A stretch of 64,000 bases of DNA from Eledone cirrhosa. Lineage: Eukaryota. Every line of letters starts with the position of its first letter. Within the stretch, counting starts at the first letter, position 1. The notes under the pieces are model-generated. The model saw nothing but the letters and a program-made list of their open reading frames with translations. It did not search any database and was not told where the DNA came from. The position numbers and the translations under genes are program-made. The stretch is from positions 38,316,001 through 38,380,000 of the forward strand of contig OZ024754.1 in the NCBI GenBank assembly GCA_964016885.1. The letters are read 5' to 3'. Below are positions 25,969 through 38,022 of this stretch, in pieces.

Positions 25969-26150
25969 TGGATTGGCAGTATCGGTAGAGGGTCGGACGC
26001 CATGCTTTCCAGCATAGTTACGTCCCTTTACGATCTGAGTTCAAATCCCGCCGAGGTTGACTTTGCCTTTCATCCTTACGGGGTCGATAAAATAAAGTAC
26101 CAGTAATGCACTGGGTAATTGCTGGCCTTGTGCCAAAAGTAGAAACAATT
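25969..26150 (+). mobile_element. tRNA-derived SINE family A (~180 bp). Further copies ~8488-8667(-), 12284-12467(-), 13850-14577(+, cluster of about 4), 18666-18850(-), 19956-20140(-), 22722-22902(-), 28938-29124(-), 30965-31145(+), 38207-38387(-), 38821-39006(+), 39195-39390(+), 52205-52355(+)
   Basis: A box TGGCAGTATCGG, B box GAGTTCAAATCC, conserved body GACTTTGCCTTTCATCCTTACGGGGTCGATAAAATAAAGTACCAG (resembles the Meta-SINE domain, from recall). Several copies have clear TSDs. Confidence 0.9.
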
Positions 26151-26809
26151 ACTCTATATATACTATTATATTTTCATGGTAAATGCTTTATCTCACATAA
26201 TATCGAATCTATGAGATTTTGATGTTATTTATTTTGAGAAAACTACCTTAACCCTTTAGCATTCACATTACTCTATATATACTATTATATTTTCATGGTA
26301 AATGCTTTATCTCACATACTTATCTCACATATTATCGAATCTATGAGATTTTGAAAGTATTTATTTTGAGAACAATACCTTAACATCAGTTTGAGTGACC
26401 AGTTACAGCCAGTTTCAACAGAAAAAGGTAGAGAATTCTGGCTGGTTTTTGTTGGTTTGAACATTAAAGGGTTAATGTCAGTATGAGTGGGTAGTTATGG
26501 CCAGTTTGAACAGAAAGAGGTGAGAGAATTCTGGCCGGTTATAGCCGGTTTCAATACTAAAGGGTTAAGCTATGCCCTAAATACCAGAAATATGATTATT
26601 TCTAATTTAAGCAAAAGACCAATAAATTGTGGGGAGGGGAAGTTTATTCCATTGACACCAGTACATGACTGGTACTTCATTTTATCAACCTCGGAAGGAT
26701 GAAGGGCAAAGTTCAGTTCGGCAAGATTTAAATTCAGAATGTAAAAGGCAGTAATTAAATGTCACAAGATGTTTCGTCTGACGCTCTTATGATTCTGCCA
26801 ATCCACACC

Positions 26810-27258
26810 GTAGAGGCTCTGTATAGGTTAGAATGTATAGCACCCTGCACCACAGGGAATCTGTATAGGTTAGAATGTACAGCAGCCATGTACTTAAAAT
26901 TTACAACACCCTGCACCATGGGGGCTCTGTATAGGTTAGAGTGTACAGCAGCCATGTACTTAAAACTTACAGCACCCTGCACCATGGGGGCTCTGATAGG
27001 TTAGTATGTACAGCAGCCATAAACTTAAAACATACATCATCCTACACCATGGGGGCTCTATATAGGTTAGAGTGTATAGCACTCTGCACCACGGGGGCTC
27101 TTTATAGGTTAGAGTGTACAGTGGCCATGTATTTAAAACATGCATCACCCTACAACATGGGGGCTCTCTATAAGTTAGAGTGTACAGCAGCCATGAACTT
27201 AAAACGTATATCATCCTACACCATGGGGGCTCTGTATAAGTATGTACAGTGGCCATGA
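26810..27258. repeat. degenerate ~60-bp tandem repeat
   Basis: Recurring CACCATGGGGGCTCTGTATAGGTTAGAGTGTACAGCAGCCATG. Confidence 0.8.
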
Positions 27259-29346
27259 ACTAATGTTCTTATATACATGAGCTGGTGGTATTTTAGTTTT
27301 AATAATTTTTATTCATGAATTGACAAGTACTGTCAGACACCAAAGAGTATGACCTGATTTTCATTCAGTGTTAAGCTGAACTTACTGTTAGAAAGCAGCT
27401 GAGAAAAAACAAAAAATACAGCACTTCACCCTATTCTTTCTCTTAACCCTTTAGCATTTAAACCGGCTGTATCTAGCCGAAATTCTCTCACTTCTTTCTG
27501 TTCAAACTGGCTTTAACTGGCCATTCATACAGATGTCACGGTATAGTTCTCAAAATAAGTAATATGAAAATCTCATAGATTCGATACCATCTGGGATACT
27601 ATGTGAGATTAAGCCTTTACTGTGAAAATACAATAGTATATATCAAGTAATGTAAATGTTAAAGGTGTTAAATACAAGATTTACTGTGTCAAGGTTATGA
27701 AAGAGATTTTTACAGTTGTCTGATCTGTTCTGTATGAGCAAGAGAAGGCCACCTGACCTAGCATTGTTTATAACAGGATGGCTTGTCTAATCCATGCCAG
27801 TGTGGAAAAATGGACATTAGACAGTGATGATGATGATGATCTGTACTCTTAACATCCTGTACTATATGAAACTGCATTAGTAAGACATTCATGTAAAGCA
27901 CAAAACAGAACTATGACTGCATAACATCAAAATTTTCACAACAATCAGTGCCCTTGTAAAAGATAGTATAACCATTTGAACCAACAGAAATATTTTAAGA
28001 TATTTTCTGTAGAATCATTACAGAATGTCAAGAGTTAACACTGCAAATTTTCACAACAATCTGTCCACTAGTAGAGGATACTAAAAACATTTGAATTAAC
28101 AAACCTATTTTTAGATATTTTCTGCTAAATCATTACAGGATGCTAGAGGTTAATACAGAAAAATTTCACGACAATCTGTCCAATATACAGTTGAATTAAA
28201 CCTATTTTAAAATATTTTCTCTTAAATCATTATAGGATATTAAGACATATTGTACCAGGTTTTCACAACGATCTGTTCAGTAGTAAAGACACTATAAACA
28301 TTTGAAAAACAAACCTATTTTTAGATATTTTCTGCTAAATTATTACAAGATATTAAGAGAAGGCACGTGGCTGAGTGGTTAGATAATTGGATTCGCAATC
28401 GCGAGGTTGTGATTTCGATTCCAGGACTGGCCAATGCTTTATGTCCTTGGGCAAGACACTTTATTTCACATTGCTCCTTCTACCTGGAGTTGTGACCGAT
28501 AGATATCAATTAGATTAGCTATTAGAAAGACCCATGGAAACATTGTTTCCTTGGTCCGATTTGACGAAAGTCGATCGACTGTCGATTAAGAGTGCAACTG
28601 TTTGTATAATCAGAATATATTGTATATTATTTGCCATTGTTCCATTTGAACACCTTAGGTATTGTATTCTTGTTGCCCAGTATGTAATAAAAAGAAAACT
28701 AACAACAACCAAAGTATCTTAAATACAATGTTTCATATGCCAAAATAGATTCATCTTAAGAATGGCTTGGTGGAAAATAGCAGTGAATGAAATACTAAAT
28801 CAGAGATTCTGAAAGTGAGTGCTGCCACCTCCCACCCCCAGGAGGCATTGAGAAGGTCGGTGGGAGATGATATAATAGTATATTAAATATCAAATGATAC
28901 ATATTTATTATACATATAATATAAATATTATACATATAATTGTTTCTACTTTAGGCACAAGGCCAGCAATTACCCAGTGCATTACTGGTACTTTATTTTA
29001 TCCACCCCGTAAGGATGAAAGGCAAAGTCAACCTCAGCGGGATTTGAACTCAGATCGTAAAGGGACGTAACTATGCTGGAAAGCATGGCGTCCGACCCTC
29101 TACCGATACTGCCAATCCACCGCCAATATTATACATATAATGATGATATAATAGTATATTAAATATCAAATGATACATATTTATTATACATATAATATAA
29201 ATATTATACATATAATATTTATTTATATGTATATATTATTATGTAATAAACAAAACAATATAATTATCCCATTATCCAAGATTCCACGAAGTCAGATGAT
29301 TCTAACAGAGGCGTGTGAACTTGTTCTGCATAAATTCTTTAAAGAT

Positions 29347-29417
29347 TTCTATCTGATGAACGGATTCAGACGCCTTTGTTAGAATCATCTGACTTCGTGA
29401 AACCTTGGGTAATAGAA
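29347..29417 (+). ncRNA. type I hammerhead ribozyme motif (Penelope/retrozyme-like)
   Basis: Stem I TTCTAT/ATAGAA; CTGATGA at 29353-59; stem II ACGGATTCAGA...TCTGACTTCGT; GAAA at 29399-402; short stem III CC-TTG-GG; UH = TA at 29410-11. Confidence 0.72.
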
Positions 29418-29633
29418 TAATTATATTGTGTTGTTTATTACATAATTAAATAGCTCTGTACAATACATAGAGCACTCTTATTTTCTTTACCTTTTCCACG
29501 GAAATACTTAACATATATGTATATATTATATAAATTAATGATTTTATTTATTATATATTATTTACAATTTGCATGTAGGCAGGTCTCTCTGAAAATAGGG
29601 GTGAGAGCGCTGTGAGTATTTTGTGACCGTGAA

Positions 29634-29970
29634 AGGCACATGGCTTAGTGGTTAGAGCATTGGCCTTGCAATCGAAAGGTTGTGAGTTCAATTCTCAGAC
29701 CGGGTAATGTGTTGTTTCCTTGAGTAAGACACTTTATTTCACATTGCTCCAGTTTACTCAGCTGTAGAAATGAGATGATAGTGACTGGGGTCCCTATCAT
29801 TCCACTGTAAAGTGGTCGTGGAGGTGCCACGGCAAAAAAGCACCCAGCACTCACTGTAAATGAGGTTGGTGTTAGGAAGGGCATCCAGCTGTAGAAATCA
29901 AGCCAGAGTCAGTTCCTGTCCCACCCTTGCAAGCAGGGAAAAAGCGGACGTAAAATGATGATGATGATGA
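29634..29970 (+). mobile_element. CORE-like tRNA SINE family B with RTE-derived tail (also 35105-35428(+), 51065-51330(-), 15840-16015(-), 28361-28490(+); a different tail at ~50-370(-) and ~35830-36130(-))
   Basis: tRNA head TGGCTTAGTGG...GAGTTCAATTC. Centre CCTTGAGTAAGACACTTTA...CAGTTTACTCAGCTGTAGAAATG resembles the MIR CORE. The 3' part matches the RTE 3' UTR and ends in (GAT)n. Confidence 0.85.
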
Positions 29971-30294
29971 AAGAGGGCAGTGGCCCCAAAAGTTTGAGAA
30001 CTTCTATACTAGATGTTACTTTTACCCTTACATTACCTTACTTCTAATGAAAGCCACAACCTATAAATTTCAATTCATTATCATCATCACTGTTTTATGT
30101 CTATTTTCCATGCTTGCATGAGTGAAACAGGTTGACATGCTTATGAGTCTAAACCGGGGAAGTCAGCCAACTGTGTCTTGCTCATAAGTCCCATGTCAGC
30201 ATGGATTCTATGGCTGAATGACATATCAAACACCAACCTCTTCATGGTATGTGCTGGTTTGTTTTGTTTTTTGTGGTACAACCACTACCACCTG

Positions 30295-30650
30295 ACAGGG
30301 TGGACTGGTGTATTTTATCATGGCACCAGCACTACCACATTACAGTGTGTACTGGGTGCATTTTATTGTGGCACCAGCACTACCACATTACAGTATGTAC
30401 TGGGTGCATTTTATTGTGGCACCAGCACTACCACATTACAGTGTGTACTGGGTGTATTTTATCGTGGCACCAGCACTACCACATTACAGAGTGGACTGGG
30501 TGCATTTTATCATGACACCAACACTACTACTTTAGTGTGGGCCAGGTGTATTTTATTGTGACACCAACACTACTACTTTAGTTTGGCTTGGTTGTTTTTT
30601 ATTGCGGCATCAGCACTACAACATTACAGAGTTGACTGGGTGCTTTTTAT
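30295..30650. repeat. ~47-bp tandem repeat of the RTE 3' UTR type
   Basis: CACATTACAGTGTGTACTGGGTGCATTTTATTGTGGCACCAGCACTAC units. Confidence 0.85.
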
Positions 30651-32258
30651 TAAAGTGAACATTTAATGATGAACACTAAAGAAAAAGACTTTTCTCTTTA
30701 TAGAAGAACCATTTAAAGCAGCCGTATCTAGCCAGAATTCTCTCACCCCTTTCTGATTAAATCAGCTGTAACCAGCCACTCATACTGATGTTAAGGTATT
30801 GTTCTCAAAATAAATAATACCATAATCTCGAGGAAGGCAACGACAGCAACAGTGACATTGACAACACATATGTGTATACATCAACATCTTACCAGCAATC
30901 ACTACCACTACCATTAACAAGAGGAAGCCAACTCCAGCATCAGTGACGATATTATGTGAGGTAATGGATTGGCAGTATCGGTTGAGGATCGGATGCCATG
31001 CTTTGAAGCATAGAGTTACCTCCCTGTATGATCTGAGTTCAAATCCCGCCGAGGTTAACTTTACCTTTCATCCTTCCGAGGTCGATAGAATAAAGTACCA
31101 GTAATGCATTGGATAATTGCTGGCCTTGTGCCAAAAGTAGAAACAATTATGTGAGGTAAAGTGTTTATCATGAAAATATAATAGTAAATATAGAGTACTG
31201 TAAATGCTAAAGAGTTAAAGTCAGCATACAGAAGAACCGTCGTTCTGCAGAGATCTAGAGACTGTATACTAGTAAAAATGATTTCTTTAACTGTAGTATA
31301 GGTAACATGTTAACAGTACCTTGATCATATAACATTCAATCACACACCACAAGGACGCTGGAGTTTCCTTTCTAATAAATGTTTATGCAAGGCAGCACAC
31401 TTGCAACAACATTGCGGTGTGTGATGCGGGCATTACCTAATACTTCGGTATGACAAGAACTCTGTTGGCGCCGGCCCAGCTCACCCCAAAGATCACAAGC
31501 TGAAAAATATAATTTGCTGATAATATGTAACCATAATGTCGGTGCCCCAGCATGGCCTCGTAATAGAGTAACTGTTTGAATTTAGTTGCGTAAATTAACC
31601 AACTGTAAACTGTGTCTATTCGCGCCTGTTACCGCCGAGAGCTCAGGTGTCATCGGATTTCTGTTTTCCTCTGAAAAATCGGAAAGACAGCCTGAGGAAG
31701 GAGCCCCGTGAGGTGGGGTGACTGCTGCAGCGGGCACACATTAACATTGATTTTGGAGGGCATCTTAATGCGATGGAAAAACAACAACTAGGAATCGTGT
31801 AGTTATATAACCAATCTCATAACTCAGAACTTAGTCAATTTTCCACCGTAAAAAAAAATTATATAAACTCAAAAGCAAATAAATATATGATTGGTGAGGC
31901 CCTTAAGCAAGCTCAGAGGACCCTTGTTCAAAATACATTCACCCGGTCTCACAAAGATTGCCTGTGGATTGTGAGGCCCTATGCCCTAGCTTGTTTAGCT
32001 TATGCCTAAATCCGGTATTGTAAATAATGTATAATTTATCTAGCAGAGCGTAGTAGACTCTAGGCCCACATGTGTTGAGGGCAGAGAGACGACAGGAAAA
32101 ATAAGCAGAGTAGGGTTTCATGTGTAATTCAGATTTTGGTGAAAGTCTAGTAAAAACCTGATAGAAGACCGCATGTAGTAAGATGATAATTGCTTACGCA
32201 ATTCCATTATGTAATCCTGTTGTGTAACATTGACACATTAACAACATATACATACAGA

Positions 32259-32304
<46 letters not shown>

Positions 32305-32384
32305 GATATATAACGATCGTGTCTATATACACATGTAATAACTATGTATACATGCAGACGTGTAACGATTATTAACATGCACAC

Positions 32385-32433
<49 letters not shown>

Positions 32434-32683
32434 CTAAATATTAATAAATGAAGACGTTCACATAATCAAAATATATGTTTTTTTATATATATTTCGCAGG
32501 TAATGTGCTGTTTTTCAGTACGTCCTCGTCAGATAAAATACATGAATTGATGTATGACATACCTCAACTGTCTTGATGGTTCAATTCCAGTCTTGGCAGA
32601 GATTTATTAAAACAAAACTCAATATTTATATACCACAAGTAATAACATGACAAACTAAATATGATGAAGAGAAGGAAGTGGAG

Positions 32684-32721
<38 letters not shown>

Positions 32722-33587
32722 TGGGTGTAACTAGGAGTTACTGCAGGTTCACCCGGGTGAGCACTCGATGTTTAGGTTCACTATATATATATATATATAT
32801 GAAAAGATTCAAGGACCCCGACGGCTGAGCTCCAGCCGTTTCGACAGCTAGATCCAAAATAAGGGCATTTAACTACGCATACAAACAAGACCTGTAACGA
32901 CGATCTATACATACAAGACATCTACGCATATATATATATACATGTAACAACTATGTATATATATATGAGTAAGTGACGAAGCTTTTCAGAGGTCGTTCGA
33001 CCTACTAGAAATAGCAGCCAAATATCCCTCCGTCTTAAAAAACAAAACAAAGCAAGGACGAACACACAGTAAAACAGGGCGGAGTTTCGGAGAAACATAA
33101 AATTCCGAAAACAATAAATTAATAAATAAAAATGTAGCCATTTACATGGGGTTCTTATTGGGGAATTCAGTATAATTTAGTATATTGTACTTATAGTGCA
33201 AAACAAGTTTTAATCGAAGTGATCATAGCTAACATGTTTTGCTCAATAGACCTGCAGAACCATACCTGACCTGGGCTAAACAACAAACAACGTGTACCCA
33301 AACCATGTAAAAACTATATATATATATATATATATATATATGTAGGAGGTGAGTTTTATTGTAGCATAATAAAGCAATGCAAATATCGGGTAAGTAGCAC
33401 TCTACAGTTTGTAGGACTGGAGTATAAATAATATAAGATCAAAAGATGGTTAAAAGAGTTCCAAGTATTTTATTATGCGAATTTCAAAAACAAATATCAT
33501 TGTGAATAGTGAAGTTTTAAATCAACATAGGTTGATTTAAAACTTCACTATTCACAAGTGTTTTTTAACCTTCATATCATGTATCCC

Positions 33588-33658
33588 TATTTTATCTGAT
33601 GAAAACGCAGATATCATCTCATGATGATATTTGTTTTTGAAATTCGCATAATAAAATA
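33588..33658 (+). ncRNA. type I hammerhead ribozyme motif with minimal stem III
   Basis: Stem I TATTTTAT/ATAAAATA (8 bp); CTGATGA at 33596-602; long stem II; GAAA at 33639-42; TTCGCA then TA. Confidence 0.62.
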
Positions 33659-34045
33659 CTTGGAACTCTTTTAACCATCTTTTGATCTTATATTATATAT
33701 ATACACACATATATGCGTGTGTGTGAGTATATGTGTCAAGGGTGTAGAAAAATCACTGAAGCATAAATATTGATGTTCAGTATTTTATTTATAAAATTTA
33801 TATATTATTGTGTATAATATAAAATTTATATATTATATGTGTATATATATAATATATATATATTTAGTAAGCCTTAATAAAATATTTTAACTCTACTTCG
33901 GTATTGAGTACTCTTTTTCTCCCAGCTATCAAATACATACGGATATATATGTACATGTATGTACGTGTATAGTATGTGAAGATCGTGTGTGTGTGTGTAT
34001 ATATATATACATATATATATATATATTGTTGAATTCAATACTTAC

Positions 34046-34081
34046 TTGTGGACGTAGCGAGAGCCGTAGAAGTGAAGCCAT
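34046..34081 (-). CDS. ALDH6A1: ALDH6A1 coding exon 1 (MASLLRLSLRPQ; start of mitochondrial presequence)
   Basis: ATG at 34081, 12 codons, then a GTAAGT donor. Phase 0 joins the 23038-23094 exon. Arg/Ser/Leu-rich with no acidic residues, like a mitochondrial targeting peptide. Confidence 0.75.
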
Positions 34082-37000
34082 ATTTAAGGAGTAATAAGTT
34101 ATCCTTTACATGTGTTAGTAACTGTGAGACTTATGTATCTCTACAGTAATTATAACAGTGAATCAATGCCTGACCTTTCCACCTTTCCTATATGGTACTC
34201 GTTTATTCTCCTCATTTACGTATTCGTTTTTATTGTTATTTGAATAAAAAGCTAATTTTTTTCCTTTTCTTCTTTTTCTTTCTTAAACTTGTTTTTTTTC
34301 TTCAACTCTATCTCACTATATATGTATGTGCACGCACATATAAAACGATAGATAGATGGGCACTCACACACACACACACATATACATACACAGACTGAGC
34401 TTTTACAACACAAATGCACAATAAATGCATACATACATATAAAGACACCTAACACACACGCACACACCTAACCTCACTTTGACTCTTTGGCTCTTTGAAT
34501 TCTTCTGGTTCTCTCTGTCTATTCCTCCATCCATCTTCCGTGCTAGCATGGGTTGGACGGGAGTTGTCCCACTTGAGGCAAGATTGGTCGGGTGACCCTG
34601 TCTTGCTTGTATAGAACTGTTTCTGGAGGGTTTTCTACAGCTGGAAGCCCTTTCAAGCGCCAACCACATTAACAGTGTGGACTGGGAGTCTTTTTACTGT
34701 GTCTCCTACACGACCACTATACAGTGTGGACTGGGTGCTTTTTGTCATTTCACCTACACGATCACTTTACAGTGTGGATTGGATGTTCTGTGGTACCAAC
34801 ATAACTTTACAGAGAAAGGGTGGCGACACGACAAAAAAGCATCCAGCCCACACTGTAAAGTGGTCGTCTAGGTCTCATGACAAAAAGCACCCAGCCCACA
34901 CTGTAAATGTGGTTGGCATTGGGAAAGGCATCCAGCTGTAGAGACCAAGCCAGAAACAGTTCTATGCGAGCAAGACATGGTCACCTGACCCAACTTGCCT
35001 GAAACAGGACAACCAATGTTAGCATGGGAAAATGGATGCAAAACTGTGATGATGATGATGACGATGTTATACATATATATACATATATGTATAACATCGT
35101 CATTATGGCTCAGTGGTTAGAGCATTGGCCTTGCAATCAAAAGGTTGTGAGTTCAATTCTCAGACCGGGTGATGTGTTGTTTCCTTGAGCAAGACACTTT
35201 ATTTCACATTGCTCCAGTTTACTCAGCTGTAGAAATGAGATGATAGGACTGGGGTCCCTATCATTCCACTGCAAAGTGGTTGTGGAGGTGCCACGCCAAA
35301 AAAGCACCCAGCACTGTAAATGATGTTGGTGTTAGGAAGGGCATCCAGCTGTAGAAATCAAGCCAGAATCAGTTGTCGTCCCACCCTTGCAAGCAGGGAA
35401 AAAGCGGACGTAAAATGAAATGAAATGAATATATATATATATATATATATGTGTGTGTATATGTATATGTATAGGAATATATATATACACACACACAACA
35501 TTCAGACTACCAGTTGTTTGGAAGATTCAGCTCGACTTCCTACCTCATTGTAACCTCCTTATATAACCATCTCTTCCATCAGACTCTACTCCTATGCTTT
35601 TGTCTTTCTACATTGTGCACACACACAATGGAAATAAACAATGCAGTTATTAATAAAATGAGTTGAAATTAATGCATACAAGATTTCACAGCTCTAGCAT
35701 CACTCCTTCATAGGCTGACCAAGATGCTCTCATGGAATGACCAAATGAGGTCTATTTTTCAACATAGTCTCTGGAAAGAAACAATACGATTGTCCTCTAA
35801 AACTGCAGTATACAGGGTAAAGAGGCCCCTCCATTGGTCATGAATGACCTTAGGTTTTGCTACTCCAGGCAAGGTTGTTTCTGGAAAACCCACAGTCATT
35901 TATGTATACCAGTCTCACTTTTCCACATCACTGATGTTCAATGTTGTCCAAGAGAAAGGCAAAGGCCAATACAGCTTAGCAATAGTGATGTCACAACTCA
36001 TTTTTTCCAGTTGAGTGATCTGGAGCAATGTGAAATAAAGTATCTTGTTCCAATACATAATGCACCACCCATATACGGGAATCGAACTCACAAGCTCAAG
36101 ATTGTGAATCCAACATTCAAACAACTGCCAATTTGTCACATTTGAAAGATTGTTAAACCATTACAAGTTCCCCAACAACTGGTAGCTACTATACAACATT
36201 TAACAATAACTTGATACATGTCTTTACTTCTCAGGGGAGATAACAAGCAAATTAAATCTAACACCATTATGTTACCAAAGATTATAATGCTCTTTGTCCT
36301 TTCCTTGAATATATCATTACACTTGATCTCAAAACAAGTTTACTTTTTTACACACACACATCCACTCCCATCAATATCTCCCCAATCTGACCAAGGACAT
36401 ACCAAGGTATTGTTAAATGGTAATACAGTGCTGGAGCCATTGTAACACGCATCCAGTCCACCCTGTAGAGTGGTAGTGCTGGTGCAACAATGAAAATACC
36501 CCAGTCCACCCTGTAAAGTAGTAGTGAGTAATGCTGGTACCACAATAAGAAGCACCCATCCCTAGCATCACTCTTTCTTAGTCAGCTTATGAAGTTTTCA
36601 GCCAACCCTCGTGTATATATATATATATTATAGTAGCCTGACATTTCTACCAAGAATAATAAGGACAACATTTCGAGTTAATTAGGTTATCAGTAATTAT
36701 ACTGGTTATAATTAAGATAAGATATCTTTCTAGCATCAACTGATAAGTCAGAGTAAACTGTATTTGATGAGAAAGTAGCAATGTTTGAAAATATATCAAA
36801 GTTAATTCATTACATCTTCCCCTCCCTTCTCTCTCTCTCGCCCTCCCTTCCATCCTCTCTCTCTCTCTCTTTCATTCTCACTCTCTCTCTCTTTCTTCCT
36901 CTCCCTTCCATCCTCTCTCTCTCATTCTCACTCTCTCTCTTTCTTCCTCTCCCTTCAATTCTCTTTCTCTCTCTCTATCTTTCTTCTTCTCCTCTCTCTT

Positions 37001-37659
37001 GCTCCTTCTTTCTCTATGTCTCTCTCATACAATACACACACATATATACATAGATACATACACCTACAAACATATACACACAGTCAATTGTAAAGATTTG
37101 AATTATTAAAGAACATCAACCACCATTGAAGTCATTTTTCCCCTTTTCTTCAAATCTATCTTACTGTACCAAGGAATTCCCTTCATTTTCTACTCCTCTC
37201 CTACTTCCTCCCGTTTGACCTGTGCGAAATTATTTCCTCACTCACATTTCAACCAGGTTTGATGGTCTTTATTCTCTCTCGTCCATGATTTCACAGAACT
37301 TATGTTCATCGATTTCAGGGACTTGACTCCTTCTTCGTCACTTTTCGTTGCATTACCATCTTTGTTTGTTTACTGTCTCGCTCGTTCCCCCTATTCACGT
37401 GTCCCAACGACTTTCTTTAGCCGTTGCTCGCACCAACCAGAGGTATATGGTCTTTAAAGCGATGAAATACCAATGAAGGCTGGAAGATCACTGATGAAGG
37501 ACTAAATTTATTCATATATATATATGTATGTATACATATATATATGTATACATATATATATATGTGTATGTATAGGTATATATATGTATAGGTGAAATAT
37601 CATATAAGAAGTAAAATTTTGTTTTAAACGAACTGCAACTCCTCCATTTATTCATTTTG

Positions 37660-37690
<31 letters not shown>

Positions 37691-37696
<6 letters not shown>

Positions 37697-38022
37697 GTTT
37701 GTATTTGTATAATAAAGCCAAAACAATGCAGGTATGGCCATAGAATAAAGAATGCAAATGCAAAAGATATTGTTGACAATTAGTCTTTTACCTTAGATTT
37801 ATTTAAATGTCCTTAATTTTCTAGATAATATCTCTTCTTCAAACACTGGTTTAACCGCTTTACTTCCCTCCGAAGAAGAGATATTATCTCGAAAATTAAG
37901 GACACTTAAATAAATCTAAGGTAAAAGACTAATTGTCAACAATATCTTTTGCATTTGCATTCTTTATTCTATGTCCATACCTGCATCGTTTTGGCTTTAT
38001 TATACATATACAAACGTTTATA
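37691..38022. repeat. long inverted repeat (~150-bp arms, ~30-bp loop) within (TA)n
   Basis: 37691-37840 is the near-perfect reverse complement of 37872-38022. Confidence 0.9.

Noticed and set aside
28361-28435. tRNA-like sequences with A/B boxes (also at other SINE heads)
   Set aside because: They continue into SINE bodies and lack a proper acceptor stem; these are SINE heads, not tRNA genes.
32812-32852. Minus-strand GAAAC-GGCTG..CAGCC-GTC hairpin resembling hammerhead stem III
   Set aside because: No CUGANGA core nearby; truncated by a microsatellite.
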